DNA from: the human T2T-CHM13v2.0 reference genome, Homo sapiens
Assembly (NCBI RefSeq): GCF_009914755.1
Contig: NC_060941.1
Length of the DNA: 64,000 bases
Direction: 5' to 3' (one strand)
Part shown: in pieces, positions 43,127 through 58,604 of the stretch
How positions within the stretch are numbered: position 1 is the stretch's first letter
Layout of the letters: every line of letters starts with the position of its first letter
Translations under genes and position numbers: made by a program
Notes under the pieces: model-generated
The model's input: the letters and a program-made list of their open reading frames with translations, nothing else
The model's database searches: none
Told to the model about the DNA's origin: nothing

Positions 43127-44150
43127 AGTCACAGCCTGAGCCGGGGAACCGCAGCTCCCACACCATCAACACCCTCGGAGGGGGCAAGCAGAACCTCTGG
43201 CCTCCTATCAGGTAATAAGCAGCAATTGCAGTTCCCCAGGAGACAAGGGTCCCTGCAGAGATGAAATATCCCTCATCCTGGCCTCAGGAAGGCAATCCCA
43301 CTCCCAGCTGGCTCTGCACAGCACAGGGATGCTGACGGGGCCTCTCTGCCTTCTGCCACCTCTGCCTCAGGAGCAGATAAAAGAAAGGACATCCCCCTTG
43401 CACACTGATTCCTTGGAGGCATCTGCATCTCACCTTCATGGATCCTCCCTCAGGCCTCCTTTCCTTGTGGCTCCAGGATGACCCTGTCAGAGATACTGGA
43501 CTATCGTTCAGTTGCAGAGGCCCCAGGGCCTGTCTGGACTTTTCCATCCCAAGAGGGGCTCGGCTCTATCCCCTTTGTGCCTGTGACCCTCTCCATCCCC
43601 CACCCGGCTCAGAACTGGCACAGCCACCACCAACCACTCCTGATTCAACCCAAGCTTCGCCCTTTCCACCTCTCGAGCTGTGCAACAACAAATGCAGGAT
43701 GCTCAGCCCTCATGTGTCAGTCCCCTCAATTCACTTGTAATTAAATAACAACACACCTCTTTTTCTAATTTTCAAAGGTGTATATATTTCCCCTCAATAA
43801 AGTTGTTAGGATTATTTTTCTCTTCCACTTACATTCTTCCTGAACTCTGCCTGCTCTTTTTTCTTCCATATTTTACTTTAAATACTTTTTTTGAATTACT
43901 ATATTTCTTTTCTTAGCTCCTTTTTTTGGAGAGATCTTGTTGTCTTAACTTCTCTAAGAAGGAGGGGAATTTTCCATCTGAACTCTTCCTCTATTGCCTT
44001 GAGCACTTCCTCTCCTGAGACGGGTTCTTCAACTGCCATTTGCTAGTGTTCATTTCTTCTCCTTGATCTCATCAGCTGTGAACAGGTGCTGGTGTGCTTT
44101 ATAACTTTTCTCTGAATGAGGTTGAAGATTGGCCAAGAGTAGTGTCAGGA

Positions 44151-44289
44151 GCCATGGAGGCAGAGCCATGGAGGGCAGAGCATGGAGGGCAGAGTGTGGA
44201 AGGCAGAGCCATGGAGGGCAGAGGGTGGAGGGCAATGTGGAGGGCAGACCGTGGAAGGCAGAGCCATGGAGGGCAGAGCATGGAGGGCT
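44151..44289. repeat. G-rich minisatellite with ~14-16-bp units (CATGGAGGGCAGAG)
   Basis: About 9 imperfect tandem units. Confidence 0.88.
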
Positions 44290-44785
44290 ATTGACACAGT
44301 GGAAAGTTTGTTTTCGGGAACACTCACCACTTGCCACATCTTGACTACCTGTGTCCATATGGTTCATGTGTTGAGAAAGGGCAAGACCTCAGGCTCCAGC
44401 AGCCTGCATGCTGCTAAGCATAAGAGAACAGCCTGTGTTGTTGCAATGTGAACCATGGTCACACAGGCTGGTTGCTATTGTCATCTGGAGGCTTCTTCAC
44501 CCACGAGTCTGGAGCATGGGCTGGGGTGATCCAAGACAGCTCTGCTGGGACTGTTGCCCAGAGACCCTACATGTGGCCTCTCTGTGACAGCTGGGTTCTA
44601 AAAGGGAATATCTGCAGACCATCCAGAGGGCAAGCGTTTCAATAGACTGAAGAGGGAGCTGCAGGGTTTCTTCTGACTTAGCCTTGGAAGCCATACGGAG
44701 GCCCTCTTGCATTCCCCATGGGGGCAAATATTGGTTCTTGCAGGGTGGAAAAATATTTTTACTCTTTCTAGATACAAAACAGAGA

Positions 44786-44843
44786 TATAGATGGATGGAT
44801 GGATAGATAGATAGATAGGTAGATAGATAGGTAGGTAGGTAGG

Positions 44844-44887
<44 letters not shown>

Positions 44888-44890
44888 CAG
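44786..44890. repeat. (GATA)/(GGTA)/(GGAT) microsatellite
   Basis: Direct tandem run. Confidence 0.92.
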
Positions 44891-46483
44891 GTGAATGGAT
44901 GGATGTACAATACATCTTTGGTATTAACATTTCATGAGGGGAGATATTTAGGGATATTCTTTTTTTAGGGATATTCATTGTTATCTTAGGATAACAATGA
45001 AAAAATGTTGAGAAACACTGTTCTAGTCCACAAGTTGAAACAGTCACAACCCACCCAGACCCAAGGGGAGGGGACCTAAGCCACAACTCTTCATGGAAGG
45101 AGTATCAAGAAATTTGCAGCCATGTTTTTAAACTGCCTTGTGGAAGAATCATAATGTAGCGTCTTCATGTCACATATAAGAATAGCGGGACGTGAAGGGG
45201 TGAAGCCACCTGGTCCCCAGTCACAAGGCCAGAGAACAGAGTTGATTCTGCCTCTGAATGGCAGCCTGGAGCTGGCCCACACAGCATCCCTGCAGGCCCA
45301 TCTGTGCACTTTAGAAGGTCACTTCCCAAGCCTGCTGGGGGCACCATATGGTCCCAAGAATAAAAATGAGGCCCTGAAACACCTATCCTTTACTCAGAGG
45401 TCACAGTCCAGCAGCCATTACTTGCACAGACATGTCTTGTTTGGGTTCAGTGGGTGAATGGTTAAACAAATTATTTTACACCCATGCAATGAAATCCTGC
45501 TGAGCAATAGGAAGGAATCAGCTATTGGTTGTGGTAAGTGCAACCACTTGTATGGATCTCAAGGCTCAGTGAATTAAAAAGTCAATCTCAAAATATTACA
45601 TACTGCATAATTTCATTTGTCCTCAAAAGGATGACACTGTAGAGATGGAGAACAGATTAGTGGTTTCCAGGGGACAGGAATGGGATAAGGGTGCAAATAC
45701 AAGGGACAGCATGAGGGAGATCCTTGTGATGATGGATTGGTTCTGTATTTTGACGGGGGTGGTAGTTACCTGGATCTGTAAAATTGCATGGAACTCTACA
45801 CAAACATATCCATAAACCAATGTATGTTAAAAACGGTGAAAACTGAACAAAGTCTGCAGTCTAGCTAACAGTATTGTAACAATGCTGGTTTCCTGGTTTG
45901 GGTCTTGTCCTACAGTTATATAATACATCACCATTGAAAGACACTAGATGAAGGATTCACAGGACTCTATGTTATATTTGCAATGTTAAGCCTATAATCA
46001 TTTCAAAATAAAAGTTTCAAAAATTAAAACCTCCAGGGGCTCCCTATGGCCTCCAGAACACAATTCAAACTTCTTGGTCTGCCATGAAGCCCTTTCAGAC
46101 TGAGGCTCCAGCCCCATATCTCACTCCTCCCTCACATGCACTCTGCACACATGGTAATGGTAACGTAGCTCCTGAAGGTCCTGGTATCCACCATGCTCTA
46201 TGACTCTTCCCTACCATTGTCTGGGACAATCATCCCCCAGTCTTCTGCCCTATTTTTATAACTCAAGCCCTCAATTTTCCTTCTCCGCTTGGCCCTCATG
46301 GGAGTGCCTCCCTTCTGTGCCCCCACAGAGCACTGTGCAGAACCCTGACACAAATTCTAACACACCGCATCGCTATTGTTAGTCTACATCTTAGACTTCC
46401 CTTCTAAAGGAGTAGGGACTCTGCATAGTTTAAGTCCTTATCTGTAATGCCCAGAACAATGCACCATAGACACACAATAAAAG

Positions 46484-46489
46484 TTTATT
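46484..46489 (-). terminator. Candidate CD300E polyadenylation signal AATAAA, in an L2-like 3' end
   Basis: TTTATT on +, adjacent to a GAATGAATGA L2-type tail; would give a ~2.8-kb 3' UTR. Confidence 0.55.
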
Positions 46490-48782
46490 GAATGAATGAG
46501 TAAATAAAGGGAAAAAAGAAAGGAAGAATAGGGGAAAAAAAGGGAGTAAGGGAGAAGGGAAAATTCAAAGCATGGAGAAGCCACTGTTTGTTTCTCCTGC
46601 ACCTGCTGTCTGCCATCTGTCTACTCTTTCTTAACTCTTCTCTTCTGGCTTCTGCTGTCATTGCTCTGTTGATCTGCTCTTCTGAACTTCATTAGTGACC
46701 TTGTGAATGATAAGTTCAATAGCCTCCTCTCAATCCCGGTCCTCCTCCACCTCTCTAGCTCTGCTCTCCTCCTTGAAACATTCATGGCTCTTGACTTCTC
46801 ATCTTCCACCTGTTTGTTTCTGCTCCAGCACCTTGATCAATGTCTTCCTCCTACCCTTTGTCTTTAAATGCAGGTGCCCCGAGGGCTCTGTCCTTGGTTC
46901 TGAACTCTTCCCTCCATGTTTTCACTTCTTGCTGGGCTCCAGTTAATCTCTCTACACACATTCCTCTCCAGCCCTCAACACTCTGCTAACCCACATCTCT
47001 AGCTATCTGCTAGACCTCTCTGCCTGATGATTCCAAACACACAGAAAACTAAGCTCTGCATCATCCAAGCCTGCTCTTGACTTTCCTACTTCTGTCAATG
47101 ATGCCCGATTCCTCTGGTTTTCCAGGCTTAAGACTCCGGACTCCCAGATTCTTCCTTTCAGACTTTGCTACATCTGCTAGGCAAGTCCTCCTAAAGCACA
47201 TCTGCAATCCCATCTTGTTCTGCTCAAATCCATCCCACCATAGCTAATCAAAGTTTAAGTAAGAGTTGAGTCCTAAGCCTCCTGAACCTGCCACCACCTG
47301 AGTTCTTCTAGGTTAGTTCCATCTGGCCTGCCACAGGAAAATTTCACTCCATTGGAATCTTAGACACATCCTACCATGAGCATCTGTATGTGAACAGTAC
47401 AGTCCATTTGCTGATAGGTCTTCTATAAGTGACTATTGTTATGAAGATTATTTCCCGCCTCTCTGCTTTCACTTATGCTGTTTCTCTGTCCTCTCTCTCT
47501 CCCTGTTGCTCCATCCCTGCTCCGCTGAAATCCTATACCTCCTTCAACATCAACATGAATGTCACCTTCTTTCCCTGACCTGGCCAGCTTGGCATGATAT
47601 TCTCCTCACCAACCCCCTGACATCAGGAAGCATCTCTTGTGGCTCTAGAGTTCTTCCTATGCTGTAATGACTTGGGAGCTTATCCTTCTCATAAAATGAA
47701 TCATAAGCTCCTTTCTTGCTCATCATCATATTTCCCGGGTTAATATAATTAATATGGGCCTTGTTAGATTGAATTTCTCTTTCAGCATGAGTCCTGGGCC
47801 AGCCCCATCTTTCCCCTAGTCACCATGCATGATGGAGCTGGGAGCCCCACCAGAGCTCAAGTTCAGAGCACGGCAGCTCTGCCTAAGCACTCGGCACTCA
47901 GAGGGTCACTCCATGTGCTCTGGACACTGGCATCACTAGCTCAGGATGAGCTCAGGCCTGGGGGCAGAGGGGGAGCACTGGTCCAGATGTAGGTAGCAAG
48001 TGGAGATGGTGATGCTTGCTTGTGGCAGACTGTGGGAGTCCTCCCCACAAACTTTAGGGAAACAGAGTAATTGACAAACATTCAGAAAACCAACTGAGCT
48101 CATTCCCGAGCCAGGGGTCACCAGTAGTGGTGATAGCACTGTGCACTTCAAGTGTGGACAAGTATCCTTCACCTCTGTGCCCTCCATCCTGTCTTTGAAA
48201 AACGATATCTGCTCTGCCTGTGGAAAAGGTTAATTGCTAACAGGTGGTCTCAGCCAGACTTCTAAAGTGGACAGAACTGACTCTGTTGACCTTGTGCATT
48301 GGACACCTCCAGGTGGGGGAATTCCAGGAGTGATATCAGGGGCACCCACCAGCTCCTTCTCCCTTTACTGTTTCAACTCGCCCCAGAACTTTAACCTGGA
48401 GCAGCTCATCCATGGCCCACCCAGGCAGAGATGTTCTGAGCCCAGCCACACACTGCCTGGTTACAGGGAGAGAAGGGGCCTTAAAGCCAGGGAGACCCAA
48501 GGGGCGTCAGAAGACGAGAGGAGCCCTGAGCATGTGGGACACTGGGCAACTGCATGAGCAAGCTCTGCCGGGACCAAGCTCCCTTGGGGTTGTCCCAGAG
48601 AAGAGATGGAGCTCTGTGAGCCTAAAGGCTGGGGCTGTGAGGGGTGTGTCCTCAGGGAGACTCCTGTCTGCAGGAAGGAGGTAGTTATTGCCCTGGGGGA
48701 AACTGGCCTGAGAAGCATTTGTGCCAAGAAGAATGAAGGGCCAGGCTCCTCCAGAAAATTTTTTCCCTCCCTTCCTCCGTCC

Positions 48783-48829
48783 TTTTCTCTCTCTCTCTCT
48801 CTCTCTCGCTCTCTCTCTCTCTCTGTCTC

Positions 48830-48862
<33 letters not shown>

Positions 48863-48975
48863 GAGACAGGGCTCTCTATGTTGCCCAGGCTGGCCTGGAA
48901 CTCTTACGTTCAGCCGATCCTCCTGCCTCAGCCTCCTGAGCTGGGATTATAGGCACTCGCTATGGTGCCCGGCCA
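48783..48975 (-). mobile_element. Alu monomer with (CT)n tail in the CD300E 3' UTR
   Basis: (CT)n then GAGACAGGG..TGTTGCCCAGGCTGG..GCCCGGCC. Confidence 0.75.
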
Positions 48976-49236
48976 ACTTCCAGGGAATTCTTGCCCTTGG
49001 GAAGTGGGCATGAGGGCAGGGAGGCAGGGGACTGGGGAGGAGAAAGGAGGACCCCCAAGCTGCACATTGAGGACTCCAGAGGAGTGTCCTCTAAGAGCCA
49101 GGACCCTCCTTTGAGGCACAGGAACAATAAATCCCTCCAGAGTCCACAGGTCTCTCGCATCCAGTCTGAAAGGTTGACTCCCTGCACGGGGCACTCCTGG
49201 GGATGGGGCTCTGCAGGGCTTCGGGTCAGCCTGGCT

Positions 49237-49357
49237 CTATCTTCCAGGAGGAGCCCACTGAGGCCTGTTCACCCAGAAAACAGCACCCAGCATGCTCAGG
49301 AGCAGGGGCAGCTTCAGAAGGACCACGAGCAGGAAGTGAGGGCTGCTGAGCCGGAAC
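49237..49357 (-). CDS. CD300E: CD300E exon 4 coding part (TM with Lys)
   Basis: ccacag|G; (G)FRLSSPHFLLVVLLKLPLLLSMLGAVFWVNRPQWAPPGR*. Confidence 0.96.
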
Positions 49358-49692
49358 CTGTGGTGGACACAGTGAAAATGAGTCACTTCCCCGGGAGAAC
49401 CCCCAGGACCCTTCTCTCCCCACCTCTCCCCATGCTCTGACTCTGGAGCCCAAATAACCCAGGAGCAGCCAGGGAAAGGACCTATGCCAGGGCAGCCCCT
49501 TCTGTGGCCCCCATCCCTCCTTCTCCCTCCATCAAGGACTGCCCGGGGGGTCTCATCAAGGAGAGGTGATGGAGTGAAGACAGAAGAGGGACCCACTTCC
49601 AGGAGTGCGCTCCACAGCACCCTCTCTGTCCCTGTCCCACTCACAGCCTCCACTTTATCAACTGACTTCTTAAAACCAGTCCCCACTCTTGC

Positions 49693-49985
49693 TTTTTTTA
49701 CTTTCTGAGACAGAGTCTCACTCTGTCACCCAGGCTGGAGTGCAGTGGTGCAATCATGGCTCACTGCAGCCTTGACTTCCTGGGCTCAAGTGATTCTCCC
49801 ACCTCAGCCTCCTGAGTAGCTGGGACTACAGGCGCACCACCACACCTGGCTAATTTTGTATTTCGTAGTAGAGACAGGGTTTCACCATGTTGCCCAGGCT
49901 GGTCTCAATCTCCCGGACTCAAGTGATCCACCGCCTTGGCCTCCCAAACTGTTGGGATTGCAGGCGTGAGCCACCACACCCGGCC
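49693..49985 (-). mobile_element. Alu
   Basis: Reverse dimer. Confidence 0.92.
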
Positions 49986-50508
49986 ACCACTCTCACTGTT
50001 CCACTCCAGCTCCTTGTTCCCTCCCCTCAGGGTCTAGCAGCAATATCACAGCCCTTTCTGGATATCTTTGGGAGAGGAGAGAGAACTGATTCAAACCCCA
50101 GCCTGGAGCTGGCCCATATCCCCACAGACCCCACAGACAGCTCCTGGTGGCAAAATCCCCAGCTGAGCAAAGACCTTTGAAAAGGGCCACAGAACTGGGA
50201 CCCCAAGTCCGGAGCTGGATGGGGAAGGAGACAGGAAGGAGTGGGGAAGGGAGGAGGGGCTGCACGTCCACCTGAACTCAACCTTCGACCTGAGTCCCAG
50301 TAGCTGCCCCATAGGGAAAGGCGTTCACAGCACAAGTGATATTTCCCACTCAGCATCCACATGCAGCCTCAGAGAGTATGAGAATCAGGACCAGAGATGG
50401 AGAGAAACAGCAGACAGTGACGATCTCAGGTCACGGTGCGCCACCCCCACCCCCCAGCTTCCACCCCAGGGTTGCTCCCTCCATGGCCTCCAGGCCCTGC
50501 GTGCTTAC

Positions 50509-50617
50509 CCTGAATTTTGGGTCAACACCTCCCTGGTGCTGAGGTTTCGCCCAGGGTTCACCACCAGGAAGATGGGAGGTGTGGCTGGATGTGTGGTCCT
50601 CCTTGGGGTTGTAATTG
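50509..50617 (-). CDS. CD300E: CD300E exon 3 (stalk)
   Basis: caacag|CA ... GG|gtaagc; 109 nt; AITTPRRTTHPATPPIFLVVNPGRNLSTREVLTQNS(G). Confidence 0.95.
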
Positions 50618-51038
50618 CTGTTGGAGATGAAAATGATGCATCAGCCGTGCCTGGGCTCCCAGCCATGCACAGAACACCCGTATGGATGTCATACAGAATC
50701 ACCCACTCACAGAAGAGGCTGGAAAGATCTTCTGAAGCCAGATCCAGGGCACCTCCTGGGTGAAACCCCTCAGGGACAAAAAGAGCCCTTACCAGAACCA
50801 GCCATGAGAGTCCCCTCCAATAAGTGCCAGGTCTTTCTCTGCATCTCAGAGAAAGACTCTTACCACTCTGCCCACTCTGCCCTCATCCCACTCTGCCTGG
50901 GGTGAGGGCAGGGGTCTCTCTGGGCTTCCGCAGCCAGATGTGGAGTTCCAGGAGGAGGAGGGGAAGGAGGAGTCTAAAGGAAGATGGCTCAGCCTGTGGC
51001 CCAAGAAGCCTCGTAGAGACCATGAGAGGGGGCTCTGA

Positions 51039-51403
<365 letters not shown>

Positions 51404-52385
51404 TAGGTTGACACTCGGCTCCTCCTAAGGACTTCAGGTGACCACCAGACTATTGACATAGTCTACTCCCTCATTGCCACTGGACTCCCAGCTCATGATC
51501 TCCCTAAAGCAGTTGTCCTGGAGGCTCAGCCCTTCACCGGTGCCCGACACAGGCTCAGTGTGATCTGATAAGCCGCGTTCAACCTCTCTGTTGCTGGAGA
51601 TTCGTTGATGGACGTGGCATGAGCCCCACCCTGTTGGAGGGGCAGAGACACATAAACAGACGGACTCACTTCCGCTGGAAGCAGCCCTGGGAAGGAGCCC
51701 CAGCAGGTGCAATGGGAGCACAGGGGAGAAGCCTAATCCACCCCCAGGCCAGCAGTGAGGAAAACATGGGCGGCACCTAGCAGAGGCGAATGCCGGACCA
51801 TGGGATGCTTTTGGGAAGTGAGAGACATGATAGAGTGTGAGTCTGAGGACAGGAGATGGTGTGGATAGCTAAGGGGCAGGGGGCAGGGGAATTTGGTTCA
51901 AGAGGGATGGGGAGGCAGAAAACCACAGGACAAGGAGCCAGCCCCAGGAGGATCACCCTTGGGCAGGATGGGGAAGCCTGTCCTCAACCCGAAAGGGAAA
52001 GGGGAAGAATGAGTGTAGATTGCATGAAAGTTTGCAAGTGGAGAAGGAAAGAAACTGATGTCCTGTGTGTTCTCAGGAAGGTAGATGTATGGGAGAGTAA
52101 TGTTGGAAACTCTTAACTTCTACTGGCAGCCACAGGCACCATTTTCTCACTTTTCTTCCCCAGCAGCGCTAGAGCAGGTGGATTTTAGACAGGGCGACCA
52201 ACTTTCCCAGGACTTTTCTAGCCTTAGCACTGAAAATCCCACATTTGGGAAACCCCTTAGTCCTGGGCAAACTGGGATGATTAGTGACCTTTATTTTAGG
52301 ATTGATCCAGGGATGAGGGTTTTGTCAGGTAGATAAGGAAATGGAATATGGGAGTTATGAGTGCTGCTAAGAGAAGAAAATGTCA

Positions 52386-52685
52386 GGCTGGGCATGGTGT
52401 CTCACTCCTATAGTCCCAGCACCTTGGGAGGCCAAAGCGGGTGGATGACTTGAGGTCAGGAGTTTGAGACCTGTCTGGGCAACGCGGGAAGATGCTGTCT
52501 CTACTAAAAAATACAAAATTAGCCAGGCATGGTAGTGCACACCTGAAGTACCAGCTACTCAGGGGGCTGAGGTGGGAGGATCACGAGCCCAGGAGGCGGA
52601 GGTTGCAGTAAGCCGAGATCGCTCCACGGCACTCCAGCCTGGGCAACAGAGTGAGACCATGTCTCAATAAAAGAAAAAAGAAAAT
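52386..52685 (+). mobile_element. Alu
   Basis: Dimer; AAGAAAA(A)TGT flanks. Confidence 0.9.
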
Positions 52686-53699
52686 GTGATCTATTGCAGG
52701 GGCTCAAAGTGGTCTAGGAAGGAAGTGAGGTCAGAACGGGAGTGATGGGGGCAATAAATTGGCGGAAATGGAGGGATCAGAAGACAGAAGGTCACTGTGA
52801 GGTTGAGAATAGGGACAATGGCATGAGGATGGGGGAGAGCTGATTGATGAAAAGTTGTCAGAAAATAGAATGTCTGAGTTTAAGACTCTGGGCAGCGACC
52901 AGGTCGGGTGATGACAAGCTCTGAGGTGTTTCCATGGGGTGCAATTCTGAAGAGAGTAGAAAATAAAGGACACCAAGGTTGAGAATGTCAAGGAACCCAA
53001 GGCAAGATTGCCAAGTTATTCATTAAAGCCTGCCAAGATAATGGCAGAGGTTGGAGTGGAGGCACTGGCAGGACTCCGTTGAATGAGGGGGAGCAGCCTG
53101 GAAGCTGATGGTCGGCCTTGTCAAGCACAGGTAGAGGGTGGGCATGGCCATCTGGCACAGCATTTAAAGGAAGCAGGTGGAAAGTCATAGGGCGGAAGTT
53201 GTGATGTGGGCAGGAAGAATTGGGACACGGCTCCATGGCCCTCTAGCATAGGGGGAGTAAGAGAAAGAGTAGCTTCCACTCAAGAAGCTACTAAACAGGA
53301 AGGTCTTCCCAAGCAAGACATATTTCAAAACAACATGGTAGGGGGATGTTCTGTGAGGAGGCTGCAAATGTACAGGAGTGTTTCTTCTTTGGTACAGGCT
53401 TCCCAAAGGGCACGGTGGAAACAGCTTTGGCTCAGCATGAAGGGGCCTCCTCCACGCTGGATAATGGGGTGAGGCCCAGGCCCTATGGGAGTGATGGCGC
53501 CTGAGCTGTGCACCCCCCAGCCCACCCAAGGCTGAAGGATCAGCCGCCTCTCTCCATGCCCATGCCATAGGCTCCTCCCAACACCACTGTGACTGAGGAC
53601 AAGACAAGACTTGGACGCACACTTCAGTGTGCCGCCCACCCTTGTTCCCTTGTCCAGTCGCACCCCAAACCCTGCTGCCAAAGTGAGGGGAGCTCTTAC

Positions 53700-54047
53700 C
53701 TGGGGAAACATACACCCTAACCAGGTCCGAGGGATCGCGTGACCATGAATCCAGGACCCACACTGTCTGAATTTTGCACCAGTAAGATCCAGCATCATCT
53801 TCATTGAGGTTCTGCATGGTCACAGTGAAGGCGAGAGCCTCCGGGTGGTCTCTGATGGACACGCGGCCATTCCTCTCCACCTTCTCTTCTCCCTTGGTCT
53901 CCACAATGCTCTCACATGACGTGTCGTACTGTCCTCGGCACCAGTACTTGTTATATCCCTTGTACATGCTCTCATACTGACACCACACTGTCAGAGAGTC
54001 CCCCGCAGTGCCAGTCACAGAGCCGGGGCCCTTCAGAGACAAACAGC
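53700..54047 (-). CDS. CD300E: CD300E exon 2 (V-type Ig domain)
   Basis: ttttccag|GC ... G|gtaaga; 348 nt; GCLSLKGPGSVTGTAGDSLTVWC...DDAGSYWCKIQ...VRVYVSP. Confidence 0.97.
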
Positions 54048-56638
54048 CTGGAAAACACAAGCCCGAGTCCCAAGTCTCCATCCAGATGGCCCCATCAGCA
54101 GCCGTCTGTCTGAAGCTTAAGGGGAAGATTGCCAGGGAGACCTGGGTGTTTCCTGGGAGGGGAACCTGGAGGAATACTTGAGCTTAGGACCTAAGCCAAA
54201 GAGTCCCTGTGAGAGCAGAAACCTGTCCCCTGTGAGAGCAGGGACACCAAGTCACAGCACAGGGGCCCCAGCACCTGGAGACCAAAGCTGGAGGCAGGAG
54301 CAGAGAGGAGCTGGTCATCCCACCTCGTCCTGGGCCCTGCAGCCTCTGCCAGGCATGAGATTTGGTCATATACAAGATCACTTCCCTTTGGAGTGAGACC
54401 CATATATTCTGGGGTCTTCTGAATCTCAGGCTTATTCTTTAAAAGCACAACTTGCGGTTTCCTCCACTTTCAGAGTGTTCTTGTGGGAGGAAAAATACTC
54501 TCCGGCTCTGATCTTAACCACTCTCCAGAAAGAATCAACATGGCACTGGGAAGAGGGGTTGTCCCCAAAGGAAGCCCTGATAAGCTTCTTTACCTGAATT
54601 TGGGACACAAGATGACCCCCCCGACAATAGTCCCCAGGTCTTGGGAGTCAGAGGTCACCATGCATTCAGAGGAAAGAGGGAAGCTGCTCTCTGTAACCAA
54701 GTGAGGTGATTTGGGTCCTGGGAGGAAAGTGGGGTTTAGAATCTGGGAGGCAAAGTGTGAGAAGTTGATACGGAAGCAAAGAGAAGGGACAAGAAAGGCT
54801 GTAGGTAGGCAGAAGTTCAGGCATTATGGGATGTGATGCTCAGCAGAGCCCCCCAATATCTTAAGCAAGTGCTGAAAAACTGACAAGAGGCTTTGTTTGA
54901 ACTTGAGTGTATGTGCATGTGCACGTGTGTGTGGGTGTGAGAGAGAGGGAGAGAAAGAGAAACAGTGATGAGGCTGAGCTTTGCACCCCCTCAGAGTAAC
55001 CTGAGTTCACAATAAGAGGATGAATACGCGCAGGGGCCACGGAAGCTTAAGCCGTTAGAATGAGCAGAAATTGTGAAAGAGCCCCTGGCATCTGTGGGTC
55101 CTATGACTATCTGGGCTCCTGAGCTAACTACATCTAGATCTGAGGTGATTGAGGATGGAGGAGCCCCTGACTTCTGGCTTTCATTCATTTCCCTCCCCTC
55201 CTCCCACCATCTGCCTTTCCTCCCCACTCTGTCTGCAGCTGGCTCTGTCTGTCATATGCCTTGGCAGATGTGTGAGCTGCCACCACGCACACCTTCCTCA
55301 CCCCACCAACCATGCTTGGCCTGAGACAATCTCACTGTCACTATCTCTTCCCACCCTCCTGGTCCCTTCCACACTCAGTAGCACCTGTCACCCCCACCCT
55401 GACCCCTTCCCAGCCCCTACCCCAAACCCTGCTCCAAACCTGTGTTTTCCCGCTCTGTGCTCCCTTGACCACAGCAAAGTGGCTCCTGACCCCGCACCTT
55501 CTGAGCACTCCCCATTTCTCTGCTGTCCTAATTCTCGTAAGAACCTTCCTCGCTCTGGATGCTGTGCCCTCAGGAATCTTCCCATTCCCAAATCCCTGCT
55601 CCCCACCTACGTTCTCCCCCAAGAACCTGTTGCCCCGCAGCTGCACACCCCTCCTGAGATTTGAGAGCTGGTCCTCACCTCCTCCCTTCCACCTGCCCCC
55701 AGCTTCCTCCTGGAGGTGGCACATCCCAGCAGCACCTCCTTCTAGGTTCTGGACAGAGCTCAGGACTGCATTTCCCACAGTGGGAGCTTGGCAGGGTACA
55801 AAGGGCTTGTCACAGCCAAGAGTCTGGTGATGGAGCCGGGGCCTGCTTGTGCTGCTTCCTAAAGGGATCCTTGCTGGAGAGCTTGGGGTTGTTCTTCTTC
55901 TGCTAGGATCAGAGCCAGTCCCTTCAGAGCTGAATGTGTCCTAGAATTCCTGCCACTCCAATCAAGAAGATGCCAGCAGCAGATAGGAAGTCAGACTCAA
56001 GAGAGCTTTCCAGGCTCCTTCCAGCCCAAAAAGTCTTTAATTCCTCAATTGCGTAAGAGCTGGCCTGGCCTTCTGCCCCTGGCCTCTGGAAAGAGGCTTT
56101 CTCCTCTGGAATCTGTCCTCCACTCTCCTGATTACAACCTGGGCTCCTTCAGCCCTGCTAGGAAGCAAATGTTTCACTCCTCCTCTCAATCACACACACA
56201 CACACATACACACACACACACACTGGGGAGAGCACAGCTGAGGGAGGAAACCATGGGACCATTTTGTCCCTTCCAGAGCCCAGAGCCACTTACTTTTAGC
56301 TCCCTCTGGACTGAGCTGTTTCCTTCCCCAGGTCTCTATTGGGTAAATCTCCAGGTTTGGGGGGTCTTTCTGGTTCACAAACTTTACAACTTTTCAAGCC
56401 ATTCTAAGCCAAGCAAACATCAGTCCCTTTGAAGAGGCAGAATCTCATCCTGAAAAGCCTAAAAGTGCTATTGGGAACCCCAAACCTAGCAAATCTGGAA
56501 GGTCACCCTAGAAAAGAAAGGGCCTTCTGCATTCATGATGGCTATTCTCTCCAGTAGGCAACCTTCTCATTGAAATGAAACCAATTCAAATTAATCTTCT
56601 GAAAAGACAGAAGATGGTTCTTAAAATGTGGAAATCAC

Positions 56639-57378
<740 letters not shown>

Positions 57379-57395
57379 TTAAAGAAAAAGATAAA

Positions 57396-57687
<292 letters not shown>

Positions 57688-58604
57688 TCACAGACCCTCA
57701 GATGTAGAGCATGGCTTATGGTTGCTTAGCCCAATTTTCTACTTAATGTAAAAATATAACAAAAGCAAATTTTCATGCAAAGTATTGGCAGATGACACCA
57801 AATTACTGTTGTTTGAAAGAAGAACCAGGACTGGATTGGGAAGGAGTGGGTAGATCCATGCTGTTGATAACATTCTAGTTCATGGATTGGCCAGTGAGCT
57901 CACAGATGTTTGTTAAGTTACATATAATTAAAATAAAAGAGGGTCTTGAATGGACCAGTGATGAGAGAGTGTTCCATGACCCATGATCTAATTCTGGGCA
58001 CCTGAAGTTAAGGAAAAAGAAGGTTATGCTAATTCCAAGATACTTTCCTCTGTCCTGCTAGAGTGTTACCTGAATGCAAGATTAGCATTTCTCAAGGAAA
58101 TCCAGCATGTTCCTGGAAATAATTGATGGAATTATATAAATGCGTCGGTGCATTTGTTGAAACATGTGCTTGCTGGTTGCTTGAGGTTAATGGGAGCTAC
58201 TAAATATTGGACAGCAATCAGTTCAGAATGGAAATACCAGATGATGTGGCAGAGAGGTCAGCTATTTTGTCACTATTACTAGGTTAGCCTTATTCTTGAC
58301 ACCTCCATGGCCAATGGAAAGAGCTCTGTGGAGGACACAGATCTGGACTTCATTTCCAGCTTGTCTACTTAGTTCTTATGTCATCAGATCTCCCTTCATC
58401 ATCTTATTTATAAAGTGGAGTCAATGCTATTTGCCCTGCCTGGGTCACAAAACTGCTCAGAGGGTTAAATTCTATCATCTATTTGGAAGTGTTTATAGGT
58501 TATAAAAATGTGTAATAAATAGAATTCTAGTTTTGCTCTTTTTAAATTTTTTACTTTTCTTTTTTTGTAGAAATGGGGTCTTGCTATGTTGCCCAGGCTG
58601 ATCT

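Noticed and set aside
53185-54081. 298-aa ORF as a single-exon gene (likewise 181..813 and 24943..25359)
   Set aside because: IgV exon plus intronic read-through; canonical splice sites delimit the real exons.
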